IMG/VR virus record: IMGVR_UViG_3300031992_000042
Coordinates: 1 to 64,000 of that record
DNA: 64,000 nucleotides
Strand: one strand, 5' to 3'
Source of the DNA: a virus
Taxonomy: Duplodnaviria; Caudoviricetes
In this document: positions 8,559 through 18,902 of the stretch, piece by piece
Layout: each line of letters opens with the position of its first letter
Position numbering within the stretch: the first letter of the stretch is position 1
The notes under the pieces: generated by a model
Seen by the model: the letters and a program-made list of their open reading frames with translations, nothing else
What the model was told of the DNA's origin: nothing
The model's database searches: none
Made by a program: the position numbers and the translations under genes

Positions 8559-8892
8559 ATGCTTCAATGGTTTGATCAAGCGATTTAGGAGTTTGACCTT
8601 GTTCGATACGTAGTTCGCGCACAGTTGCTTCGATTAATGCGTCTATAGCAGTAATGTCGACCTTATATCCGTTCTCTTCCAGAAGATCCACCACATATTG
8701 CTTTTTCTCCTTCCACATATCGCTTGTGAAAAGTTGTTCGGCTGCAAATACGCCAACGCGAACAAGTGTAGCAAGTGTGTCATACTGGTGATCAGTAAGT
8801 TTGTTCTTTAACCACGGAATAACAAAACCAGTAAGAACTGCCCCGATAAGAGCAATAACAGCTAAAATAATCTGAGTTAAATCAATAGTCAT
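8557..8892 (-). CDS. holin (LL-H-like)
   Basis: N-terminal TM, VIPWLK...VFAAEQ...KKQYV. Confidence 0.8.
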   Translation of the reverse strand: MTIDLTQIILAVIALIGAVLTGFVIPWLKNKLTDHQYDTLATLVRVGVFAAEQLFTSDMWKEKKQYVVDLLEENGYKVDITAIDALIEATVRELRIEQGQTPKSLDQTIEA

Positions 8893-8909
8893 AATAAGAC
8901 CTCCTATAA

Positions 8910-9002
8910 TTACGCTTTGTTTAAATACTTAATTGTAATGTCGCCTGTTGTATCCGTCCAGATCGTGTTTGCTCCTTTGATTGCTGTAGGTAAATTAAGA
9001 TC
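8910..9002 (-). pseudogene. start-less C-terminal remnant of a tail-fibre-like gene
   Basis: reads DLNLPTAIKGANTIWTDTTGDITIKYLNKA*; no start codon in the intergenic gap. Confidence 0.45.
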
Positions 9003-9007
9003 TCTCC

Positions 9008-9352
9008 TTATCCGTTGTAAATTTCTTCTGTTTCTTCGTCCTCATCTTTTTCTTTTTCATCATCGTTAGAATCATTATCTGAACTGTAAAGACTTTTGCG
9101 TTTTCCAAATCCTAATATTGTTTTCTCTGAAATTGAATTACTTGTATAGAAACCTACATTAAAAATCATTATTGTATCTAGACCTGTAGTTAGATCTACT
9201 AACGCTTTTGAAACTTCTGGACGTAAAAGAACGACAATAAAATTAGCAATACGATAAATCATCCAGAAGATGGTAACTCGAGATGCCATCTTCTTAGAAT
9301 ACTGCATGAATTTTTCCTTTGTTTTTAACATTTTCTCAGTCAAGATGATCAT
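9008..9352 (-). CDS. lysis-module membrane protein
   Basis: hydrophobic segments plus acidic tail; located in the lysis cassette. Confidence 0.6.
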   Translation of the reverse strand: MIILTEKMLKTKEKFMQYSKKMASRVTIFWMIYRIANFIVVLLRPEVSKALVDLTTGLDTIMIFNVGFYTSNSISEKTILGFGKRKSLYSSDNDSNDDEKEKDEDEETEEIYNG

Positions 9353-9364
9353 CTCCTTCCCAGT

Positions 9365-9946
9365 TTATTCCAAAAAATTTCCTCGGTCGTTGCACTCATC
9401 GTATACTCTTTGGATATAAGCAAAGTCATGCTTATATACATCGTTGTCCCATGCGTATTTTTCGACCAATTTTTCGTACTCTTTGTTTTCTTTAAATAGA
9501 TTTGCAAAGTCTTCGTGACTATGAGGTTCACCCTTTCTGCATTGCCGAGCAAAATTCAAAACATGATTTTTAATTCTTGCTGCGGCAAGGGCGTCAAGTC
9601 GTTCTTCTGTTTCTTGTTGTTTGTCATCAAGTTTATCAAAACGCTTTTCAAGCTCTGTAAAACATGCTTTAACAGAAGTACAGTTTTTAGTAGCATTATC
9701 TTGTACTTCTATCATTTTTGTATCGATATCTTTTCTTAGTTCAATAAGTAAGTTTTTAAAAGAATTTGTTCTTTGTTCGTCTATTTTCCTAAAAGGAAAA
9801 GATATAGCTTTCCAAAGCCATCTTAATGGATAAACTTTGATTTTTGATATTTCAAAAAATAATAAAAAAATAAAGATACCAATTCCGATGGATAGCGGCA
9901 CATGAGCTGATATCCATTCGGCAACTGGTTTAGTTATGGCTTCCAT
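9365..9946 (-). CDS. holin-like lysis-cassette membrane protein
   Basis: N-terminal TM plus coiled coil; position next to endolysin. Confidence 0.6.
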   Translation of the reverse strand: MEAITKPVAEWISAHVPLSIGIGIFIFLLFFEISKIKVYPLRWLWKAISFPFRKIDEQRTNSFKNLLIELRKDIDTKMIEVQDNATKNCTSVKACFTELEKRFDKLDDKQQETEERLDALAAARIKNHVLNFARQCRKGEPHSHEDFANLFKENKEYEKLVEKYAWDNDVYKHDFAYIQRVYDECNDRGNFLE

Positions 9947-9962
9947 TTTAGACCACTCCCGT

Positions 9963-10244
9963 TTATTGATTTAACGAGAGTTTTAGCGCTTCGTATAACG
10001 CTAATGCGTTTTCACGAGAAAGAGTAATCGTAACAATAGAATCGTCGCTGCCACTCTCAAATTTAAGATATTGTGTCATCACGTATCCAGTGTAAGCATT
10101 ATATGCAATTTTACACCAGTCATCATCATATTCAATAATTGCAACCTTTGTACCGGATGGAATAATAGTGATTCTTACAGATGCTTTGTCTTTTTCGGTA
10201 CGCATGTTTAATGAACCACCGACAACAGTAGCATATTCAACCAT
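9963..10244 (-). CDS. SH3b-domain protein
   Basis: GGSLNMR...IPSGTKV...WCKI.Y...GYVMTQY. Confidence 0.75.
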   Translation of the reverse strand: MVEYATVVGGSLNMRTEKDKASVRITIIPSGTKVAIIEYDDDWCKIAYNAYTGYVMTQYLKFESGSDDSIVTITLSRENALALYEALKLSLNQ

Positions 10245-10254
10245 TACGATTTTC

Positions 10255-11229
10255 TCACCCTTCGTTTAAAAATTCTTTCATCATGAATCCTTTTTTGCCG
10301 TTATGCTCTATGTATTCCCAATCATTCGGTAAAACAGCTAAAGGAACTTGAGTGCCCGTAGGAATCCGAGTAAGAACTTGTGAGCTTGTACTTGTTCCAG
10401 CTCTTAATGCAACGTTCTTACCTGTTACAGTGATATGGTCAGTAGTTCCATTAATATAGTCATTCATCATGAAGCCATATTTTCCCTTATAGTTTACATA
10501 AGTCCATCCTTGTACTTTAGCAATGTTAACTCGTGTCCCTGTCGCAAGACGAATCATAACCTTTGTGCTTGTGCTTGGTCCTTCACGTAATGCAACATTC
10601 TTTCCGGTTACAATCGCTTTTCCTGCCGGAGGAGTAGGAGAGGGAGGAGTCGGCTGCGGATCATCGTATAAACCTTTCGGAATTGCATAATGTGTTGCGT
10701 TGTATTTTGCAATATCAACTTTTTTAACTTCTCCGCTGTCATGAATATAATGCCCTTCTCCGTCGTAAAATAATGTATGTTCCATCGTACTGCCGTTTGC
10801 TCTGAATACACAACAGATTTTGTTTTTTGGCATGCTAGCTATAGGACCTTTTTCAGCCCAGTTTGTGTTTGTGTTCCATTGGCTTGTAGCTCCTGCGCCG
10901 TTGATAATAATGCCAATTTGTTTAAATAACCAATAAGTAAACCCGCGACAATCATATGCGCGAGTTTTGCCGCCAGGATACCAGTAGCATCCAATACAGG
11001 TGTCTTTACCTTTGCTTAATCTTTGGCACTTAGTAACGAGGTTTGTATACTTAGGCCATTTTGCGTAAACCTGTTTTCGATAGCTGGCAGTGCAATAATC
11101 TCCTCGCGCACCGAAAATATATGTCCAACCAATACATGCATTTGCCAAACGAACTACAAAAACTGTATTTGTAACACCTTCGTTTCGCCAGTCTTGCATC
11201 ATTTGATCAACTTGAGCTGCATTGTACAT
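10255..11229 (-). CDS. endolysin, NlpC/P60-type peptidase with SH3b domains
   Basis: YDCRGF catalytic Cys, downstream His; Pro linker; two VALR.G.STS SH3b repeats. Confidence 0.85.
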   Translation of the reverse strand: MYNAAQVDQMMQDWRNEGVTNTVFVVRLANACIGWTYIFGARGDYCTASYRKQVYAKWPKYTNLVTKCQRLSKGKDTCIGCYWYPGGKTRAYDCRGFTYWLFKQIGIIINGAGATSQWNTNTNWAEKGPIASMPKNKICCVFRANGSTMEHTLFYDGEGHYIHDSGEVKKVDIAKYNATHYAIPKGLYDDPQPTPPSPTPPAGKAIVTGKNVALREGPSTSTKVMIRLATGTRVNIAKVQGWTYVNYKGKYGFMMNDYINGTTDHITVTGKNVALRAGTSTSSQVLTRIPTGTQVPLAVLPNDWEYIEHNGKKGFMMKEFLNEG

Positions 11230-11261
11230 TTATATCACATCCTTAAATAAAACAATTCGAA

Positions 11262-12062
11262 TTATGCAGAAAACAACGCATCTATTTGATTGTTTGTTAT
11301 GGCTGTGCCTACACTATTCCAGTTATATTTATCTCCAGTAGTAACAAGAGAAACATCAGTTCCTCCTGAGGCAGCAGTTTTATTTTCAAGATTTACATTT
11401 AATGTTACTTTATCTGTTGTATAAGAACGTGTTAAATAAGTTCCAGCTACTATTTCACAATATGCTTTTCTTGTTGTTACTGTCCATGTTCCACCATTTA
11501 CATTTGTAAGTTTGTACACATAAACTTCATCACCTTGATTTGTAATAGAGTGTGAATTCATTGACCGATAATATTGAAATTCAACATCAGTTGGATTTGA
11601 TGCATCATTTACATATGCCATAAAAGCCATACGAGTTTGGCTTCCAGTAGCAGGATTACTATTTGATGAAGCACGAGTATACACAATTATCTTATTGTTA
11701 TAAGCATTAATAAAATCTTGCCATGTAGAATTGCCATAAGACAATATGACCATTGGCTTACCGCCGTCTTTAAATGTTCCATCACCAGCTAAAAATTTAT
11801 CAATATCTGTTGTTGCAGGAGCAGGAACAAGACCAGAAGCACCAGCAACACTTGAAGTTGCTCCTGTCATTACAGACGGTAAAGAATTGCCAACAAATTC
11901 AGTAGTTGCAACTTGTGTTGTGCTTGTACCTGTTTCAGCTGTTGGAGCAGTAGGTGTTCCAGTGAGTGCAGGACTTACAATTGTCCATGGAGAATCGCTA
12001 TTACCTATAGTAACGGTATTGTTTTTCGGTATAATATTTACACCGAAAGATGCATTAGCCAT
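11262..12062 (-). CDS. fibre/structural protein
   Basis: SPALTGTPTAPTA...TQVATTEFV fibre motif; ends QIDALFSA. Confidence 0.7.
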   Translation of the reverse strand: MANASFGVNIIPKNNTVTIGNSDSPWTIVSPALTGTPTAPTAETGTSTTQVATTEFVGNSLPSVMTGATSSVAGASGLVPAPATTDIDKFLAGDGTFKDGGKPMVILSYGNSTWQDFINAYNNKIIVYTRASSNSNPATGSQTRMAFMAYVNDASNPTDVEFQYYRSMNSHSITNQGDEVYVYKLTNVNGGTWTVTTRKAYCEIVAGTYLTRSYTTDKVTLNVNLENKTAASGGTDVSLVTTGDKYNWNSVGTAITNNQIDALFSA

Positions 12063-12076
12063 TCTTTGCACCTCCT

Positions 12077-12796
12077 TTATTCAATTATCCAGTTACCGTT
12101 TGTATCAACGGTAAACGTAAGAGTAAGTGTATCATCGTCCCCATTAGGAACTGTTACTGTAAAAGTATTTGTTCCAGTTGATGGGATTGGAATAGATACA
12201 CCTGAAATATAACTTTCTACGGCTGTTGTTTGACTTGTAGCATTTATTGTAGTCGTATCTAAAGTTTCGTTATTTGGTATATAACCAGCTGCGGTACTTG
12301 TTGCGCTAACAGATGCACTTGCAATACCGCCACCTGTTGCAGTAACAGAAATACCATTATTCGTATTGCTTAACGTAACATTAGTACCACTGACACTTGC
12401 AGACGGAGTGACAGTATTTGAGCCAGAAACACTTGCTGTTGCAGCAGTTACTGGGAAGTAGAACGATCCGATTGCTGTAGCAGTGCCTAAACTACCTTCA
12501 TCCAACCATCCTGCTGTTGTAATAGTAGACGATCCTGTACCGGATGCTCCTACTTTAATATAATAACCTGTTGAAGGAGCAGTGCTGGATTTAGTACCGA
12601 TAACTGCACTAACATTGCCAGTACCGGAGTCTGATTGTATTTCTGCATCGGTTGACGCAATAGTAACAGTACCAGCTCCAGACTGAACATCGATATTAAA
12701 ATATTTATCATCGCTAACATATTTACCTTGAGTCATCAAAGTAAGTACGCTACCTGTACCTTTTGTAATTGTAATATCTGCAATTTTACTTGACAT
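12077..12796 (-). CDS. Thr/Ser/Gly-rich structural (fibre) protein
   Basis: composition; paralogous segment with 12870..14210. Confidence 0.65.
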   Translation of the reverse strand: MSSKIADITITKGTGSVLTLMTQGKYVSDDKYFNIDVQSGAGTVTIASTDAEIQSDSGTGNVSAVIGTKSSTAPSTGYYIKVGASGTGSSTITTAGWLDEGSLGTATAIGSFYFPVTAATASVSGSNTVTPSASVSGTNVTLSNTNNGISVTATGGGIASASVSATSTAAGYIPNNETLDTTTINATSQTTAVESYISGVSIPIPSTGTNTFTVTVPNGDDDTLTLTFTVDTNGNWIIE

Positions 12797-12822
12797 AATA
12801 TAATCTCCTTTCTTAAACAAAT

Positions 12823-12848
12823 GGAGCTTAGATCGTCTCTAAGCTCCC
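12823..12848 (-). terminator. intrinsic terminator hairpin
   Basis: ggagcttaga...tctaagctcc. Confidence 0.55.
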
Positions 12849-12869
12849 TTTATATATACTTAGAGATTA

Positions 12870-14172
12870 TTAAGCGATGGAATAAGTACCATCCCATACA
12901 GGTATAGTACCGGCAACCAGAACACCGTCGTCGTCGTAAGCACTATGCCCAGTCAGGATATATTCGCTGTGACCTTTAACGTCAGATCCATCGGGTACAA
13001 GCTTCGCCAGAGAGATCTTCAGATCATCGGTATAACCCTTGTTAATGTACAGATAGTCACCGGAGATCAGCACAGGAGCGTCAGTCGTTCCAGAGATATC
13101 AACATAGGTTGTACCAGAAGTAGCAGTGTTAGCAAAGGTAGCAGCACCCATATTGTCAGCAGTAATCCAACCAGTACCCCAAGAAGCAGATCCACGTGTT
13201 GCCGTATTGCCTGAAACAGTTGTTACTCCCTCTGTTACACTTGTTGTTTTTATGCTGTAGTAAACAGTAGTCCCGTCTACTGGATTTACTGTCTGAGCTA
13301 AATAGCCTGCAGTAGTAATACTGTATTGAGGAGTAATACTAATAGAGTTGGCTTGTGCTGAACCAGAGTTAAAATAGGTAGATAAACCTGTGTTAACGAA
13401 ACTGGAAGCAGCAACACCTGTAGAAATAGCTGCAACAGTAACAGTACGGGTTGAAGGATAATAACCTTCTCCAATGGTAACAGTCTGTGCAATGGTATCT
13501 GGATTTACAGAGTTTGTGCTTAATGTAGACTTCTTAATATAGTAGTTATGATCCGGGTTAGTGACAGTAATGCTGCCTGCCGATACTGCTGTTTGAGCAG
13601 AAACATCAGCATGGAAATAACCATGCTGAGTAACTTGTTTAGTTACAGCAGCACGATTAACAACAGCGCTACCATCTGAATGGATTTTATAAACACCTGC
13701 AACTTCAGATGATTCAAACTTAATTTTATCTAAAGTATCGTAAGAAGTTCCGTCATAAGAACCGTCTGAGGTAATAGCAGAAGATTTTGCACCTTCTGAT
13801 AAACCACCTCCAGTAATAGTCTGAACGCCTTCAGCAATAGGATAATAAATATCCGCAATATGTACATCTACATTCGTACCTGCGTCAACCCAACCTGAAG
13901 TGGTAACAGCAACATTGGCATCAGCTTCTGCTTTAATATAGTGACCTGTAGCAGGAGCACTTGAAGAACCTGTTCCCAAGAAATTGCTAATATCTGAACT
14001 TGCTTCAACTGTACCTGTTCCAGATCCTAACGCACCAGCAGCAGTATTAATAGATATTTCTACATTCTTATTTACAAACGTATTTGTAGTAGTTAATGTG
14101 ATTTTCTTAGTGCCTGCAGCTTCTGGAGCAAACGATATTTCCCAAGCAGTAGATTTTGTAGCTTTGCTCATG
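12870..14172 (-). CDS. Thr/Ser/Gly-rich structural (fibre) protein
   Basis: GGAGG RBS before MSKATK; ends GTIPVWDGTYSIA. Confidence 0.7.
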
Positions 14173-14187
14173 TTGTTTCCCTCCTTT

Positions 14188-14493
14188 TTAAGTAATATAA
14201 TGTGTGCCATCGTATTCAGGCACAGTCACATCTTCGGAGCCGTTGTAAACAAACTGTTGATGTGCTCCGAAGGTTAAGTTATGCATTTTATTTGGAACAT
14301 AAAGTCCATTATCAGTTAATTTTAGATTATTTGTCTCTGACTCAGAAATATTTACGGCAATAACATTATCGTCTATTATTTTTATAGATTCATCAGCGCT
14401 TTTAACCGGTGAAGTCTTTTTATTTATAAGTATAAGTATTTTCTTCCAGAGTAAATCTGTGCCAGAGTAGTTTAAATATTTTTCTTCTGCCAT
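14188..14493 (-). CDS. small fibre-associated protein
   Basis: begins YLNYSGTDLLWKKI; ends VPEYDG. Confidence 0.6.
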   Translation of the reverse strand: MAEEKYLNYSGTDLLWKKILILINKKTSPVKSADESIKIIDDNVIAVNISESETNNLKLTDNGLYVPNKMHNLTFGAHQQFVYNGSEDVTVPEYDGTHYIT

Positions 14494-14514
14494 CTTGATT
14501 CACTCCTTTACTTG

Positions 14515-15855
14515 TTATTCTTCAGGATAGGCAGGATTAAAAGTACCTTCAGTAATTAGAACATTCGGCTCTGGATTATCTGATAATATTTCAACAGAGT
14601 GATCCACTCCAGTAATTATTCCGCCTGTGATGGTGAGACTCATATTTTCTTTTCCCGGATAATCTGCAGTTTCATGAAAAATAATAGCAGACTTCGACAT
14701 TTGTGTTTTGTCTATTCCGATCCATCCTGTGGTACCTGCTTCGCCTGTAGAAGTAATGGTACCGTTGTTAATAACTACAGTTCCTGCTCGTATGAGCAGA
14801 CCACATCCATTATTTCCTGTGATAGATCCGCCATTCATAAGGAATGTATCGTCATTTGCGATATAAACACCACAAGCTTCATAACCTTCAGATTTAATGT
14901 TACCTGTAAGGCTACCGTTGTTTAATGTAATAGTATTGTTTCCACGTCCAGCAGAACTATTAGTAAATAAAGCAAAATTATCACTAACATTTATTTCACC
15001 ACCATTGATAATAGCCTCTGCTTCGTCTGCTAAACTAATACCTCCGTTAACAGCTTGAAGTGTTCCTTTATTAAAGACAATCTTAGATCCAACATCGTGA
15101 ACTACAAACCCAATATCAGCAGTTTTATATATGCCATCATAGACAATTACTTTTCCTCCGTTAATTACTGCCGCTACACAGTTCTTGACGTCAATAGCGC
15201 CTTGGTTTTTCAATGTAAGTGTTCCGCCATCAACAACAAATAAAGGAGCATTAAGATATGACTGAATTATTTTGCCGTTTAAGTCAACATCGAAATTTTT
15301 ATCGATAATAACAGATTCGTTAAGTCTTATGTTGTTGTCTAATATAACTTCATCAGACTTGGCTAGTATTTTAACAAAAGATTCAGCAGAAGAAGCTATA
15401 CCTGTTATTTCGTCTATATCTGCTTCAGACAAATATACAAGCTCTTTTTTAGACCAATAATCAGAACAGTCGATTATGTCGCCAAGATTATTCCACTTAT
15501 CTCCATCCCACGCATAATTATCTTTTGTATCTTCTACAAAATAAATATCGCCTTTTTTAGGATTTTGAATTTCTTCAAGATCTGCATATGTTAAAACATT
15601 GCCTTTATAACTATATATGTTGCTTACAACAGGAGTCTTACGTCTTATTTCGTGCGTACTGCTACTAACACCAGGAACATTTGGATCTGCAAAAGTAAGA
15701 ATATGAGTGTTGTGTTTTCCGTTAGGGTTAGACGAATCATCAAGAGTAAGTATAAATGTGTCACGGTTAACACCCGAAACAGACTGCTCAGAAGGAACAG
15801 GTATATGCGTATTTTCTTCTTGCGCATCTGTTGGATCATGATAATTATATGGCAT
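14515..15855 (-). CDS. structural protein with C-terminal beta-helix-like repeats
   Basis: YKG...GDIY...YAWDG.KW motif; repeated (I/M)NGG.I turns. Confidence 0.65.
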   Translation of the reverse strand: MPYNYHDPTDAQEENTHIPVPSEQSVSGVNRDTFILTLDDSSNPNGKHNTHILTFADPNVPGVSSSTHEIRRKTPVVSNIYSYKGNVLTYADLEEIQNPKKGDIYFVEDTKDNYAWDGDKWNNLGDIIDCSDYWSKKELVYLSEADIDEITGIASSAESFVKILAKSDEVILDNNIRLNESVIIDKNFDVDLNGKIIQSYLNAPLFVVDGGTLTLKNQGAIDVKNCVAAVINGGKVIVYDGIYKTADIGFVVHDVGSKIVFNKGTLQAVNGGISLADEAEAIINGGEINVSDNFALFTNSSAGRGNNTITLNNGSLTGNIKSEGYEACGVYIANDDTFLMNGGSITGNNGCGLLIRAGTVVINNGTITSTGEAGTTGWIGIDKTQMSKSAIIFHETADYPGKENMSLTITGGIITGVDHSVEILSDNPEPNVLITEGTFNPAYPEE

Positions 15856-15858
15856 ATT

Positions 15859-16203
15859 TTACACCTCGTTTTCTGCGAACGTAACCTCTTCAAGCAGGTC
15901 AAAAATACCTACAAATGATTCGTTAATTATATCTAGATATTTAATGTTAATATCAAAAACATACCTTCCGTAAGGTAAACTGTTTGTATCTTCTGGTTCG
16001 ATCTTTAATTGGTAGTCTCCAATATCCAATTTTTCTATTGAACCATTGCTTAAAACTTTTTGGAAAAGATAAGGACGATCCTTAGAAGTTTTCTTTACTG
16101 TAAAATAAATTTCATCAAAGTCAATATCAGTATAAGTACCAGTCGGGTCTTTTATAATAAACCGTTCGTAGTGGATATCTCCACGATGCATTGCTATACG
16201 CAT
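15859..16203 (-). CDS. BppU-N-like baseplate/fibre anchor protein
   Basis: RGD...IYFTVK...I.PEDT..L..GRYVFDI. Confidence 0.6.
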   Translation of the reverse strand: MRIAMHRGDIHYERFIIKDPTGTYTDIDFDEIYFTVKKTSKDRPYLFQKVLSNGSIEKLDIGDYQLKIEPEDTNSLPYGRYVFDINIKYLDIINESFVGIFDLLEEVTFAENEV

Positions 16204-16212
16204 AATAGGAAA

Positions 16213-16240
16213 GGAGAGCAGGCATAAAAGCCTGCTCTCC
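16213..16240 (-). terminator. intrinsic terminator
   Basis: ggagagcaggc-ttttat-gcctgctctcc then tttcct. Confidence 0.65.
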
Positions 16241-16252
16241 GACTACTCCTTG

Positions 16253-16783
16253 TTAAGTTCCGGTTGTTCCAGCAGGAGTGCCGCTACCTGCCCAAGCAAC
16301 ATAGCGACCCATCTGACTAAGAATATATTGAGACTGGTTATAATTACTGATATCGTTTTGCAGAGAAACATTTTTAGCTCTTTCATCTTCGTAACGATTC
16401 TGGAGCATAGTAGATTTTATATCACAGCAGCAGGAACTCATCTGAGCAGACAGGTTCTGTAAGGACAGATTAACCTGATTAAAGCCTTGAATCGCATTAA
16501 TCAGATTTGTATTATTCTGTTGCATCAGCGTATTTCCTAACTGATTAATCAGCTGCGCAGTTTCGTAATTATTGTTGGCAGAACTAAGAGCAATAGACTG
16601 AAGCTGTTGATTAGTAAAGCCTTGATTCATCTGGTCAGACAGAGCATTATTTCCTCCGCCCATCCAGCCACCGTTTCCGCCAAACATCAAAATTAACAGT
16701 GCGAAAACCCAGAAAAATCCGTTGCCTTCAAATCCATTATTATCACGCATAAGAGCCAGATCGCCTGTAGATAAGCCATCCAT
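16253..16783 (-). CDS. Gly/Asn-rich protein with one hydrophobic segment, coiled coil and CCC motif; function unknown
   Basis: GFFWVFALLILMFGGNGG...QMSSCCCDIK. Confidence 0.75.
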   Translation of the reverse strand: MDGLSTGDLALMRDNNGFEGNGFFWVFALLILMFGGNGGWMGGGNNALSDQMNQGFTNQQLQSIALSSANNNYETAQLINQLGNTLMQQNNTNLINAIQGFNQVNLSLQNLSAQMSSCCCDIKSTMLQNRYEDERAKNVSLQNDISNYNQSQYILSQMGRYVAWAGSGTPAGTTGT

Positions 16784-16835
16784 ACAAAAGACCTCCGTAA
16801 TAATAGATTTGAGTAGTTACAAACAAATAGGCGAA

Positions 16836-16983
16836 ATACAAAGAAAACGCTTTGTTTGTAAAATATAAAATTAAGAGGACTGGCTCACTCATCTGCCAGT
16901 CCTCTATTGAAAGTCAAATTGCAAAAAGAACAATGTGCACTATGTTCTACTATTCGTTACGGAATATACGACGCAATTGACTT
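16836..16983 (-). ncRNA. candidate structured RNA leader
   Basis: two hairpins plus a three-way junction in a long intergenic region. Confidence 0.4.
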
Positions 16984-17120
16984 AACAATTAAAGATAGAA
17001 ATTAATCTTTACTTCTTTAATCTTTCGATATGTTTTAACCAATTATCAATTGTAATAGCTTCCATTTTCATGCCTTCCATTACTGAACGGCTGCGAACTT
17101 GGTTACTAATTACCATCTTA

Positions 17121-17357
17121 TCACTCTTCTGTGTTTTCCGGTTCGCCGGGAATGAACTCCGGCGGTTCAGGTTCTGGTTCAGGATCGGGGATCTTCTCGT
17201 CCGTTTCCGTGTAGGTGTAGCGTACCGGGTACACGTCTATGGCTTCTTCATAGATGTTCCCAGTTTCTTCCTGTCGGATATAGAAGTTCTCGTCCGAGTA
17301 TGTTCTTACAAGCTGCACGCCGGACGAAAGCGTACCATAATCTTCTGTTCTAATCAT
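17121..17357 (-). CDS. small protein accompanying the LRR adhesin
   Basis: GAGGAGG RBS; LVRTYSD...IRQEETG.IYEEAID...YTET. Confidence 0.7.
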   Translation of the reverse strand: MIRTEDYGTLSSGVQLVRTYSDENFYIRQEETGNIYEEAIDVYPVRYTYTETDEKIPDPEPEPEPPEFIPGEPENTEE

Positions 17358-17372
17358 GGTTATCCTCCTCTA

Positions 17373-18902
17373 TTAAGTTGCTTCCACAATGTGATCTGCC
17401 AATGAAGACCAGTTTGTGGCTGCGATATATGTAGATTTTGAACCGCTTGGAACGATAATTGAATAGTCGCTCATAAGACCGTTAAAAGCATTCGTGTTAC
17501 TTAATGTTGGAGGAGTTGATGAAAGCATAATAATATTTTTTATACTGCATCCAGTTGAAAATGCATTGGCTTCGATTTTTGTAACATTAGCCGGAATTGT
17601 TACTGATGTAAGAGAATAGCAACTTGTGAATGCGCTATTTCCGATGCTTCTAACATTAGCCGGAATTGTAATTGATGCAAGCGCACGAAGACTAGAGAAT
17701 ACACTGCTTCCGATACTTGTTACACCATCCGGAATTGTAATTGACGCAAGTGAATAACAGCTACTGAATGCACTGTTCCCGATGCTTGTTACACCATCCG
17801 GAATTGTAATTGACGCAAGTGAATAACAGCTACTGAATGCACTGTTCCCGATGCTTGTTACACCGTTAGGAATTGTAATTGACGCAAGTGAATAACAGCT
17901 TGCGAATAAGCTGATTCCGATGTTTGTAACGTTGGTCGGAATTGTAATTGACGCAAGCGAATGGCAGAAATTGAATAAACTGCTTCCGATACTTGTAACG
18001 CTAACCGGAATTGTGGCTGATACAAGCGAATGGCAATTACTGAATGCACTGTTTCCGATGCTTGTTACGTCGTTAGGTATTGTTACTGATGTAAGAGTAT
18101 AGCAATACATGAATGAGTTGGTTCCGATGTTTGTAACGTTGGTCGGAATTGTAATTAATCTAAGAGAATAAAATTTTTGAAATGAGTCGTTTCCAATACT
18201 TGTTATATTATTTCCCAAATATACAGAAGTAATCTTTTGTAATTTCCCAACCAACTCATTTGATTTGGATGAAGCTGAATAATACGGATAATATGTTGCT
18301 CCGGTTTTTGCTTGTATTTTTACATCATGCCATCCGGTGGAAGGAAACGTTACGTCTATATTCCCTGTTGCGCTGTTAAGTTCCCCATTGTCTATCTGCC
18401 ATTCAACGCCATTACCTGTTGTCGAAATATGGATTACTGTATTCCATCTTTCAACTGGAGCATCCGTTGGGACATAACAAATATAATGGCTTTTCCCGTC
18501 TGTAGGAACGTACATCTGACCAATGTTCAGTTTCCCGTATTTTGCGACATAAGTCTTGGCATCCGCCAGACTCCAGTTCCATCCCTGGCTGGTCATAGGG
18601 ATACTGATCCCGTGATTTGTATAGTCGCTATGATCTGGATTGGCGGGCATTGCTGACAAAGCAGTAAATTCGGAAGCGGAATAGTGCGCTGCGATTCCGC
18701 CTTTTCCGTTATTTGCCAAATCATCGTAGAAAACCACGTCGTATCCCGTTCCACTGTCGCCACCACCACCACCCGTTGGAATGTTTTCAATAGCAGAAAC
18801 AAACCCAGCAGGATAAGTAAGTGTAGCGCTTGTTCCACCTTTAGTGCGAATAGCATTGGCGATGGAAGTAAGTTCTGTATCTGTTGTAATGTAATTTGCC
18901 AT
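17373..18902 (-). CDS. BspA/TpLRR-type leucine-rich repeat adhesin, probable receptor-binding protein
   Basis: about 10 x 23-aa IP..VTSIG.SAF..C.SL.SIT repeats. Confidence 0.88.
   Translation of the reverse strand: MANYITTDTELTSIANAIRTKGGTSATLTYPAGFVSAIENIPTGGGGGDSGTGYDVVFYDDLANNGKGGIAAHYSASEFTALSAMPANPDHSDYTNHGISIPMTSQGWNWSLADAKTYVAKYGKLNIGQMYVPTDGKSHYICYVPTDAPVERWNTVIHISTTGNGVEWQIDNGELNSATGNIDVTFPSTGWHDVKIQAKTGATYYPYYSASSKSNELVGKLQKITSVYLGNNITSIGNDSFQKFYSLRLITIPTNVTNIGTNSFMYCYTLTSVTIPNDVTSIGNSAFSNCHSLVSATIPVSVTSIGSSLFNFCHSLASITIPTNVTNIGISLFASCYSLASITIPNGVTSIGNSAFSSCYSLASITIPDGVTSIGNSAFSSCYSLASITIPDGVTSIGSSVFSSLRALASITIPANVRSIGNSAFTSCYSLTSVTIPANVTKIEANAFSTGCSIKNIIMLSSTPPTLSNTNAFNGLMSDYSIIVPSGSKSTYIAATNWSSLADHIVEAT
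17560..18210. repeat. 69-bp tandem repeats encoding LRR units
   Basis: near-identical units at about 17700-17900. Confidence 0.85.
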
